Shown here one piece after another: positions 24,840-31,841 of a stretch of DNA of 32,000 bases. Numbering within the stretch: the first letter of the stretch is position 1; each line of letters opens with the position of its first letter. Under the pieces are notes generated by a model, which saw only the letters and a list, made by a program, of their open reading frames with translations, did not search any database and was not told the origin of the DNA. The DNA is from Magnetococcales bacterium (GTDB lineage: Bacteria > Pseudomonadota > Magnetococcia > Magnetococcales > JADFYX01): the NCBI GenBank assembly GCA_002753565.1, contig PEAM01000033.1, positions 5,944 to 37,943 on the forward strand, written 5' to 3'. The position numbers and the translations under genes were made by a program.

Positions 24840-26030
24840 CTAACCAAGTACTTCAGCAACAACCCCGGCACCTACCGTACGACCGCCTTCACGAATAGCG
24901 AAGCGCAAACCTTTCTCCATCGCAATCGGTGCGATCAAGTCCACATCCATGGAGACATTGTCACCAGGCATAACCATCTCCGTCCCCTCCGGCAGAGTCA
25001 AAATGCCGGTTACATCCGTTGTACGGAAGTAAAACTGTGGACGATAGTTACTAAAGAATGGCGTATGACGCCCACCCTCTTCTTTAGTCAATATATAGCA
25101 TTCAGCCTTGAACTTCTTGTGCGGTGTGATAGAACCCGGCTTAGCAAGCACCTGTCCACGCTGAACATCTTCTCTCTTGGTTCCTCGAAGCAAAACTCCA
25201 ACATTGTCTCCGGCTTCACCCTGGTCTAGAAGCTTGCGAAACATCTCAACGCCGGTACAGGTAGTAACGGTCGTATCGGTCATCCCGACAATCTCAAGAC
25301 TCTCACCCACTTTGACTACACCACGCTCAATTCGGCCCGTTACAACGGTTCCACGGCCGGAGATGGTAAACACATCCTCAATCGGCATCAAAAAGGCGCC
25401 ATCCAGTGCTCGCTCAGGTTGTGGAATGTAGTTATCCACCTCCTCCATCAATTTCTTGATGGAAGCTGCACCCATCTCCTCTTCGGAACCCTCAAGGGCT
25501 TTCAACGCAGAGCCAACGACGATGGGAATGTCGTCTCCTGGAAAATCATACTCAGAGAGCAACTCACGAATCTCAAGCTCGACCAACTCCAACAGCTCAG
25601 GGTCGTCAACTTGATCGGCCTTGTTCATATAAACAACCAGTGCCGGTACACCAACCTGACGGGCCAGCAGAATGTGCTCACGTGTCTGGGGCATGGGACC
25701 GTCTGCTGCAGAGACAACCAGAATGGCGCCATCCATCTGGGCTGCACCGGTAATCATGTTCTTGATGTAATCCGCATGGCCCGGGCAGTCAACATGGGCA
25801 TAGTGACGGCTCTCGGTTTGATACTCAACATGGGCTGTTGAGATGGTAATGCCACGCTCACGCTCTTCTGGAGCTGCGTCAATCTGGTCATACGCCTTAA
25901 ACTCGGCGCCACCTGATTCTGCCAAAATCTTGGTAATGGCTGCTGTTAATGTGGTCTTACCGTGATCAACGTGACCAATGGTACCGACGTTAACATGCGG
26001 TTTAGAGCGATCAAATTTTTCTTTGGACAT
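24840..26030 (-). CDS. tuf: elongation factor Tu (tRNA-tuf-secE-nusG copy)
   Basis: 396-aa ORF with a protein sequence identical to the 8186-9376 copy. Confidence 0.98.
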   Translation of the reverse strand: MSKEKFDRSKPHVNVGTIGHVDHGKTTLTAAITKILAESGGAEFKAYDQIDAAPEERERGITISTAHVEYQTESRHYAHVDCPGHADYIKNMITGAAQMDGAILVVSAADGPMPQTREHILLARQVGVPALVVYMNKADQVDDPELLELVELEIRELLSEYDFPGDDIPIVVGSALKALEGSEEEMGAASIKKLMEEVDNYIPQPERALDGAFLMPIEDVFTISGRGTVVTGRIERGVVKVGESLEIVGMTDTTVTTCTGVEMFRKLLDQGEAGDNVGVLLRGTKREDVQRGQVLAKPGSITPHKKFKAECYILTKEEGGRHTPFFSNYRPQFYFRTTDVTGILTLPEGTEMVMPGDNVSMDVDLIAPIAMEKGLRFAIREGGRTVGAGVVAEVLG

Positions 26031-26137
26031 TCCTATTTACTCCCAAGAGAAGCAGGCGCTATATGCGGTGGCAAAAATGACACTCTAGAACGAGTGTTTG
26101 TTATAATGACAATTTTCTTGGCGGATCCATGAAAAAA

Positions 26138-26212
<75 letters not shown>

Positions 26213-26250
26213 TGATAAAAATCCAGCCTTATCTTCTACTACAAAAAACC

Positions 26251-26324
26251 TGGAGCGGGTAGGGGGAATCGAACCCCCATGTTCAGCTTGGAAGGCTGAC
26301 GTTCTACCGTTGAACTATACCCGC
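26251..26324 (-). tRNA. trnG: tRNA-Gly (anticodon TCC)
   Basis: Manual cloverleaf: acceptor GCGGGTA/TACCCGC, anticodon loop CTTCCAA, T-arm GGGGG-TTCGATT-CCCCC, encoded CCA. Confidence 0.9.
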
Positions 26325-26368
26325 CCTACTTTTTGCGTCATCTCTGCCCATCGGATTATACCTTAAAA

Positions 26369-26453
<85 letters not shown>

Positions 26454-26474
26454 CCGATGTCAGAGCCAAGAAGG

Positions 26475-26501
26475 GATATACATTACTGGACAATAAGTCA
26501 A
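26475..26501 (-). promoter_or_regulatory. possible promoter of the tRNA-Tyr/Gly/Thr-tuf transcription unit
   Basis: On the minus strand: TTGACT (26501-26496), a 15-nt spacer, then TATATC (26480-26475), about 20 nt upstream of tRNA-Tyr. The spacer is short and the -10 is imperfect. It overlaps the stop codon of the XRE/cupin gene. Confidence 0.3.
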
Positions 26502-27160
26502 GAGTTTTCCTTCATCGTGTCTGAATTTTCTTTTCCGGTCCCAGTCAAAATAGAGACCACCCCGATGGCAATCTTGCTGCCAGGATTACGATAAGTATGC
26601 CTTATGTTTCCGTGGAAACAGGCTGCATCACCTTGTTTTAATTTGCTTTCCTCTCCCGCTAAAGAGAGCGTTACCTCGCCGTGACTAACATAAAGATACT
26701 CTTCACTACCCGGCGGATGGGGCTTTCCTTCAAAAACACCACCTGCATCCAACTCAAAGATCAACTGGACAAAATGAAAGGCCCCTCCCGGCGTCACCGT
26801 TACCGCTCGATAGGCCTCATCACCCGATTGAACTCGAGGCATGGTTGCGGCGGGAATATGTTTGATCTTTCGCTGGGAAGATTCCACCAACTGGTCGATG
26901 GTCATCCCCAGCGCATTGGCTATTTTAAAAACAACAGCCAGACTCGGATTGGCATCATCTCTTTCGACCGTGGCCAGTGTTGCCCGAGGAATACCTGCAA
27001 GATCGGCAAGCTGTTTCTGGGTTAATTTTTTCCAGGATCGTACAGACCGAATTTTTGTCCCAACCAAATTGGTAATCAATCTCTTATTTTCCGCAGTGTT
27101 ATTTTCATTATAAAGACAATCGGCAAGAAGCCACCATCCGAAATACAGGATAACAGGCAT
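26498..27160 (-). CDS. XRE-family HTH transcriptional regulator with a C-terminal cupin domain (start uncertain)
   Basis: The HTH_3-like segment is KKLTQKQLADLAGIPRATLATVERDDANPSLAVVFKIANALGMTIDQL. The C-terminal beta-barrel-like segment carries cupin-type H/E residues (GKPHPPGSEEYLYVSHGEV...CFHGNIRHTY). The first ~30 codons are atypical. Confidence 0.8.
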   Translation of the reverse strand: MPVILYFGWWLLADCLYNENNTAENKRLITNLVGTKIRSVRSWKKLTQKQLADLAGIPRATLATVERDDANPSLAVVFKIANALGMTIDQLVESSQRKIKHIPAATMPRVQSGDEAYRAVTVTPGGAFHFVQLIFELDAGGVFEGKPHPPGSEEYLYVSHGEVTLSLAGEESKLKQGDAACFHGNIRHTYRNPGSKIAIGVVSILTGTGKENSDTMKENS

Positions 27161-27401
27161 GCGTAAGGGCCTTGAGATTAAAAAAGCTCATCTGCAAAAA
27201 CTATCCTCTCTCCAGTAAATCTTCAAGAGTTCATCTGTTTTATTATCACTTTTTCCCCTGTTTATTCTCACTTTTTTTTCATAGACAACCTGGAACTCAA
27301 CCTCTGGAAACAAGAGGACTTGCTGTGTCATGCTTCCTGGGTGATAATCGCTGCTCCAGTCGAAGGTGACCAACAAAACAAGCCAGAAAACGAGGAAAAC
27401 C

Positions 27402-27914
27402 ATGAGCCAACCTTATGGCAATGTAGAGCCTATTTCAAACTTGATGCAGTATAATCCCATTGGTTTGATTGAGGAGTATGCTATCGAGCAGGATTGGAGC
27501 GCAGACCGCTCCAACGAAAATGAACTGTGGGCTGAAATTCCTGGACAGTGGGGTAGTCAACGTCTCTGGGTCGCTTTTCACAGTGAGACCGGTTTTTTGC
27601 AACTCAACACCTACATGAGCATTAAAATCCCCACCAGACACCGCATGTCAGTGGCCCAAACCATCACTCTGATCAACGAACGGGTCTGGCTGGGACACTT
27701 TGAAGTCTGGACCGAAGAGCAAGTTCCTGTCTTCCGAGTTGTCCTACCCCTCCGGGGCACCACACTCCATGAAGAGCAACTTAACGATATCATGACCTCC
27801 ATCCACGAAGAGACAGAACGCTTCTTCCCAGCTCTCCAGTGGGTAGTATGGGGCGGAAAAACTCCAGAAGAGGCTATTGCCGCAGCGATTGTCGAAACAG
27901 AAGGGGAAGCATAA
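27402..27914 (+). CDS. YbjN-domain protein (putative sensory-transduction-regulator / chaperone-like fold)
   Basis: The ORF is open from 27366. The ATG at 27402 has GAGGA 5 nt upstream. The family call comes from recognised resemblance (WSADRSNENELWAEIPGQWG...LQLNTYM...VWLGHFEVW) and was not searched. Confidence 0.6.
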   Translation: MSQPYGNVEPISNLMQYNPIGLIEEYAIEQDWSADRSNENELWAEIPGQWGSQRLWVAFHSETGFLQLNTYMSIKIPTRHRMSVAQTITLINERVWLGHFEVWTEEQVPVFRVVLPLRGTTLHEEQLNDIMTSIHEETERFFPALQWVVWGGKTPEEAIAAAIVETEGEA

Positions 27915-27935
27915 AAGAGCAACTGAAGTTTCTCC

Positions 27936-27964
27936 TTGACCCAGGATAAAAAGAGAGCTAGTTT
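27936..27964 (+). promoter_or_regulatory. possible promoter for tRNA-Val
   Basis: TTGACC (27936-27941), a 17-nt spacer, then TAGTTT (27959-27964), 18 nt upstream of the tRNA 5' end. The -10 is weak. Confidence 0.35.
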
Positions 27965-27981
27965 TCGGGCTGCTGATCAAC

Positions 27982-28056
27982 GGGCGGTTAGCTCAGCGGG
28001 AGAGCACTACCCTGACACGGTAGGGGTCACAAGTTCAATCCTTGTACCGCCCACCA
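27982..28056 (+). tRNA. trnV: tRNA-Val (anticodon GAC)
   Basis: Manual cloverleaf: acceptor GGGCGGT/ACCGCCC, D-arm GCTC-AGCGGGA-GAGC, anticodon arm CTACC-CTGACAC-GGTAG, T-arm ACAAG-TTCAATC-CTTGT, encoded CCA. Confidence 0.92.
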
Positions 28057-28084
28057 TTCTTTTTTAGAATGAAATTGAATATTT

Positions 28085-28125
28085 AAACGGCTTCCTTGGC
28101 TTGCTCCTTGGGAGCCGTTTTTGGT
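28085..28125 (+). terminator. rho-independent terminator after tRNA-Val
   Basis: AAACGGCTTCC (28085-28095) pairs with GGGAGCCGTTT (28110-28120), including one G-U pair. The loop is 14 nt. The hairpin is followed by TTGGTT, giving a TTTTT run across 28118-28122. Confidence 0.65.
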
Positions 28126-28127
28126 TC

Positions 28128-28174
28128 TAGTACCCACATAGTACCCAGTAGGATTGGTTTCAAACTGTAGGATT
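28128..28174 (+). repeat. two pairs of short direct repeats in the promoter region of the AbiJ-like gene
   Basis: TAGTACCCA occurs at 28128-28136 and 28139-28147. GTAGGATT occurs at 28148-28155 and 28167-28174. Confidence 0.7.
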
Positions 28175-28251
28175 CATTTAAGGGGGATAAAATGAAGTTT
28201 TCCGAAAGGTATGGGTACAAATCCGTCAGAGACTCAATATAGATTGATTCC

Positions 28252-29025
28252 ATGGATGATGCTCTTCGGAATGGTTTATGGAACCTCCTCCAAATTCATT
28301 GTTGGAATAATGCCTCTGGCTATCATCTTTCAGAGCATGGGAATCAGAAATTAGCAGAATTATGTAATAAACTCTGGATATTGCACTACAAAGTCCCGTT
28401 AGACACTCTGCCCAACAACAAGCCAAAAGCTCTCAAAACGATCAGAAATAATTTTTTCAACTATAAATGGTTTGAAGTGTATGGCTTTGTAGAGTTTGTT
28501 GCTAATAGCTATCCAAGATACAGCTTTAGAGAAAGATTTATCACAGGATGCAATCACCTTCTGGAAAACGAAATGTCCGCCTACCGTTTTGTGGACGGCG
28601 TAATCACCCGCGTAACCGAACAAATAGAGATTGATGAGATTGAACAGGCCATAGGGAAAACTTCAGATCCCGTAGCCGACCATTTGAGACGATCCCTTGA
28701 ACTGCTCTCCGACCGAAAAACTCCTGACTATCGAAATTCCATAAAAGAGTCCATATCTGCTGTTGAAAGCCTTGCGGCTATCACCCTCAATATTGAAAAC
28801 AGCACCCTTGGAAAACTGCTGAACAAGCTTGAGAAAGAGATTGTTTTACACCCTGCCCTCAAAACAGCTTTCAGCAACCTCTATGGCTACACAAATGATG
28901 AAGGTGGAATCCGTCATGCTCTGATAGACTCCGACAAAGTGGGGTTTGATGACGCAAAATTCATGATTGTCGCATGCTCGGCTTTCGTAAATTTTGTCAG
29001 GGCAAAGAATGGGAATCGAGAATGA
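28252..29025 (+). CDS. AbiJ-NTD4 / HEPN-like abortive-infection-type protein. The intact ORF runs from an internal ATG; the ancestral start appears to be ATG 28192, with an in-frame TAG at 28240.
   Basis: The 257-aa ORF resembles AbiJ_NTD4-domain proteins as I recall them (DSMDDALRNGLWN near the N-terminus; C-terminal DYRNSIKESISAVES...LYGYTNDEGGIRHAL...AKFMIVACSAFVNF). Upstream and in frame, ATG 28192 has AGGGGG 5 nt upstream and encodes MKFSERYGYKSVRDSI before the TAG. Confidence 0.65.
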   Translation: MDDALRNGLWNLLQIHCWNNASGYHLSEHGNQKLAELCNKLWILHYKVPLDTLPNNKPKALKTIRNNFFNYKWFEVYGFVEFVANSYPRYSFRERFITGCNHLLENEMSAYRFVDGVITRVTEQIEIDEIEQAIGKTSDPVADHLRRSLELLSDRKTPDYRNSIKESISAVESLAAITLNIENSTLGKLLNKLEKEIVLHPALKTAFSNLYGYTNDEGGIRHALIDSDKVGFDDAKFMIVACSAFVNFVRAKNGNRE

Positions 29026-29119
29026 ATGTCTCTCCATACTGTTTCGCGATTCTAAAAGTTATGATATAAGATCATTCAGGAAAAAACGACAAAACCTCTA
29101 ACCTGTGGAAGTCATCATT

Positions 29120-29470
29120 ATGAGCAAAGAAGGGTTCTATAGCATTCAATTTCGCGGGAGTTCAGATTATGGATTTGGTGTCATAATATTGGATACCAAC
29201 ATGGTTATTGGGGCCGATGTTGGCGGCGTGTTATATGATGGAAATTATACACTTAACGATAACACTCATGAGATTGATTTAAATGTAACACTGACTGTGC
29301 CTGCCGGAATCGCATTAGTCATGGGTGTGCCTCCAAGACATGAAGACTACACAATCCCGATTGTCACATCTATTCCACGGGATTTAGGCCAGGAGAAACC
29401 AGTCTTACTTCAAACTGATTTTGGACCCGTGAATGTGATTTTCAAAAAAATAAGGGATTTCCCTCAATAG
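29120..29470 (+). CDS. GrlR-family (lipocalin-like) small protein
   Basis: 116 aa from ATG 29120 (the ORF is open from GTG 29105). The pattern EGFYSIQFRGSSDYGFGVIILDTNMVIGADVGGVLYDGNYTLND matches the GrlR-family signature I recall (G.Y...F....G.GV..L.....GGD....Y.G.Y). It lies 94 nt downstream of the AbiJ-like gene on the same strand. Confidence 0.55.
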   Translation: MSKEGFYSIQFRGSSDYGFGVIILDTNMVIGADVGGVLYDGNYTLNDNTHEIDLNVTLTVPAGIALVMGVPPRHEDYTIPIVTSIPRDLGQEKPVLLQTDFGPVNVIFKKIRDFPQ

Positions 29471-29572
29471 TAAATTCACAAGCATGAGCTTGGTCACGTA
29501 CAGGGTTTTGCAACACTCGGCCATGACTACATTTTTCACTCTCCCTCTTTGAAATATACTGCCTGTCATCAT

Positions 29573-29607
29573 AAAAAAGGGGGGTCGCATTTGAAATACC
29601 ACCCCCC
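29573..29607 (-). terminator. rho-independent terminator closing the minus-strand Nu1-like module
   Basis: GGGGGGT (29579-29585) pairs with ACCCCCC (29601-29607) across a 15-nt loop. On the minus strand the hairpin is followed by TTTTTT (29578-29573). It sits 26 nt downstream of the stop at 29633. Confidence 0.65.
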
Positions 29608-29632
29608 GGGTTGTTCCAGTTTTGATCCTCCC

Positions 29633-29974
29633 CTATGCGGCCCGCTGTCGTGTATCATCCAGGGCCAACAATCCAGACAGCCCGGAAAGGGCTTTCTTTT
29701 TGGGTACCGGGCATGGATCGACCCGAACTCCATTCACCTCCCGACCCGCCAAGGCCACAGCAAGGGCCGTCATGGCGTTTTCCAAATGATCGGAAGCCAA
29801 CCGTACCCGGTTACGGGTATCAGCGTCTGTAATATGCCTGGATGAATGAAACCGAGCCTTTTTCAGATGGCGGTTGCTCTGGGTCAGGAAATAGATTGCG
29901 CTGTCCAGCATTCTTTCCTGGCGGCTGGGGGTTGCGGCTGAGGTACGGGTACTGCTGTTGGAAATAGTCTGCAT
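29633..29974 (-). CDS. hypothetical protein (113 aa)
   Basis: The ORF is open to 30040. The ATG at 29974 has AGGAG 7 nt upstream. I recognise no family. A terminator follows directly. Confidence 0.5.
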   Translation of the reverse strand: MQTISNSSTRTSAATPSRQERMLDSAIYFLTQSNRHLKKARFHSSRHITDADTRNRVRLASDHLENAMTALAVALAGREVNGVRVDPCPVPKKKALSGLSGLLALDDTRQRAA

Positions 29975-30386
29975 GGTGAGTCTCCTTAGATTGTCCTTTC
30001 GAAGGGACGGTTTATGAAGCCGGGTGCTTCGAAACCGCATCTAAGAGACGGCCCCATGGACTTTCCCCAAGGGGTATTGCATGGACCATGAGACACCCGG
30101 CCACAACCATGGGATGAAAGAGCCATGCCAGAAATTGGGCACAAATATACCGCTGGTCTGTCGGGTGCGGTGTCCGCTTAGATAGGGGTTTCGAAGCCCT
30201 GTAACTACAACGGTAATCGAACACCGCCCCGGCCAGCAAGGAGAAAAACAATTTTCAATGCGTTCTGTTTTCTCCTTCTTCCGTCAATTCCTCCAAATGT
30301 GATCGTACCGCCTCATCCAGGGCAATGCGTGTTTTCCCCAAATCGGTTCCCAATGCTGCCGCCAGCGAACCCGCCGACCGGCCCGC

Positions 30387-30716
30387 TCAATTCTCCCACG
30401 CCGAACGTATTTGGCGGCCTGCGTTAAAGGCTGCGGTCTGAACCTCATCGACCGGTACCAGGGTATTCCTCAACCGCTCTACTTCAATTTCGGTTTTCTC
30501 CCGTTGAATCGCTGCCAGCTTTGCCCGCTCCTGGGTTAAATCCATGCCGCTGGCCGATTGATGGCCCGCCGCTATTTTCCGTAGGTGTTGAATGTAGGCG
30601 GTCCGGGCCTGATCAATATCCGCACCACGGGAGGGAAGCCCCAACTTTTTCAAAAGATCGGGAACCGCCCGTTTCGATAAGTCCAAATGCCGTGCGATAT
30701 CTGCATGTGTCGTCAT
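30387..30716 (-). CDS. Nu1-like small-terminase / HTH DNA-binding paralogue, truncated by an in-frame TGA (the homologous frame continues to 30255)
   Basis: ATG 30716 has GGAGG 7 nt upstream. The N-terminal HTH is HADIARHLDLSKRAVPDLLKKLGLP. The central region LTQERAKLAAIQREKTEIEVERLRN is collinear with the 31213-31728 protein. After the TGA at 30389-30387 the same frame stays open for 43 more codons. Confidence 0.55.
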   Translation of the reverse strand: MTTHADIARHLDLSKRAVPDLLKKLGLPSRGADIDQARTAYIQHLRKIAAGHQSASGMDLTQERAKLAAIQREKTEIEVERLRNTLVPVDEVQTAAFNAGRQIRSAWEN

Positions 30717-30730
30717 GCTATTTCCTCCCC

Positions 30731-31216
30731 TCAATGACTTGTGGATGTCCCCCCTATGGGGCTTTCTGTCGCTGTGCATGTATTGGGGTCGTGCGGAACC
30801 CATCCCTTTGAGACCGAACAGGGACCCGCAGGAAGGCAAACAAGGTTTTCTATGGCATCCCGCCAAGCTGTCAATTCATGCTGTAGCATCCAGATTTGTA
30901 AAGCCTCTTCCTTATCGGCCAGATCCTTTTTTGCATCCAAAATGGCATCATCCAAGGTTGCTTCCTCGGTCACTCGGGCTATCCTCTCTGCATCCACACC
31001 AACCAGGGTGCCAAGCCGTTTTTCCACCTCCTGGGCATCCAAGAGTTTCGATTCCTTTGTAGCACACTCAATGATGAGACCTGCTGTTTCCGCATGAACC
31101 TGGGCAACCTCATCCTTCGGGTTCTCTCCGGCCAGGTCCATGTAACCCGCTGCGGTTCGGTATGCTCCGGCTTGTGCTCGTTTAATTCTTGATTCCAGTT
31201 CTAATGATGATTTCAT
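30731..31216 (-). CDS. hypothetical acidic, helix-rich protein (161 aa), translationally coupled to the upstream Nu1-like gene
   Basis: Its ATG overlaps the stop of the 31213-31728 gene (ATGA). The composition is rich in E, A, L, K and D. I recognise no family. The C-terminal ~40 aa look low-quality and may be non-native. Confidence 0.5.
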   Translation of the reverse strand: MKSSLELESRIKRAQAGAYRTAAGYMDLAGENPKDEVAQVHAETAGLIIECATKESKLLDAQEVEKRLGTLVGVDAERIARVTEEATLDDAILDAKKDLADKEEALQIWMLQHELTAWRDAIENLVCLPAGPCSVSKGWVPHDPNTCTATESPIGGTSTSH

Positions 31217-31728
31217 TGTGTTGACTCCTCCTTTTCTTCGTCTACGAATTTTTGCAATTTATCCGCTGCCGCACGTCTAATATTGCGGGTTTCCTTGAAT
31301 ATCAAATCTCTAATTTCTGCCACACTGGTCATTCCCGCCAGTTGATTAGCCACCCGGCCACCTAATCCATCCATCTGGGTAGAAACTATCACCATAGCCT
31401 CGGCAAACGTCTCTCTGACTGCTTCGGTCTCTAGGTATTGCCCGGCCAACTCTCTAGCCCGGATCTCCTCAATATCTGCCTTGGATCGGGTTAACCTCAG
31501 TTGCTCCGCTGCCATGGTGGGGTTGCTTGAGTCCACATTGATTTGGTTGTGTGGGCTTCTCCTAGCCGCCTGATCTACCATCCATTTGATAGCATCCGGC
31601 GTGTGGATTGAAACCTCTTTGCCCTTGCCTCCACCACTTCTGCATGGCAACCCCTGCTTAATGAGCTTGCTAATCCATGGTGGGGTTTTTCCTATGATTG
31701 CGGCAAAATCCGCTCTATTTACAATCAT
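31213..31728 (-). CDS. phage terminase small subunit, lambda Nu1 family
   Basis: 171-aa ORF with AGGAG 5 nt upstream of the ATG. MIVNRADFAAIIGKTPPWISKLIKQGLPCRSGGGKGKEVSIHTPDAIKW aligns by eye with lambda Nu1 (...IQNWQEQGMPVLRGGGKGNEVLYDSAAVIKW). It also has LRLTRSKADIEEI versus Nu1 HRLTRAQADAQEL. Confidence 0.8.
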   Translation of the reverse strand: MIVNRADFAAIIGKTPPWISKLIKQGLPCRSGGGKGKEVSIHTPDAIKWMVDQAARRSPHNQINVDSSNPTMAAEQLRLTRSKADIEEIRARELAGQYLETEAVRETFAEAMVIVSTQMDGLGGRVANQLAGMTSVAEIRDLIFKETRNIRRAAADKLQKFVDEEKEESTQ

Positions 31729-31841
31729 GTTATCTCCTGTAGATATATTTCAATGGTTTGGCTCCTCTCCAGAAGGAAGAAGAAACCCTGTATTTTGAGC
31801 ACAAAAATCCTCGAAAGCCGCCGCGCGCGGTACCCGCATGG

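Noticed and set aside
24768-25229. 153-aa plus-strand ORF spanning the rpmG start and the 3' part of tuf
   Set aside because: It is antisense to two well-supported genes. The sequence is not protein-like and there is no SD.
29549-29845. 98-aa plus-strand ORF. Related cases are 29635-29832 (+), 30521-30811 (+), 30715-31062 (+) and 30741-31097 (+).
   Set aside because: They are antisense to better-supported minus-strand ORFs that have SD sequences and translational coupling. In this G+C-richer stretch, spurious open frames are expected.
30012-30251. 79-aa minus-strand ORF between the interrupted Nu1-like gene and the 113-aa ORF
   Set aside because: It has a TTG start with no SD and a Cys/Trp/His-rich, non-protein-like sequence. 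It overlaps the 29633-30040 ORF and the inverted-repeat region. I treat it as probably non-coding, though this is not excluded.
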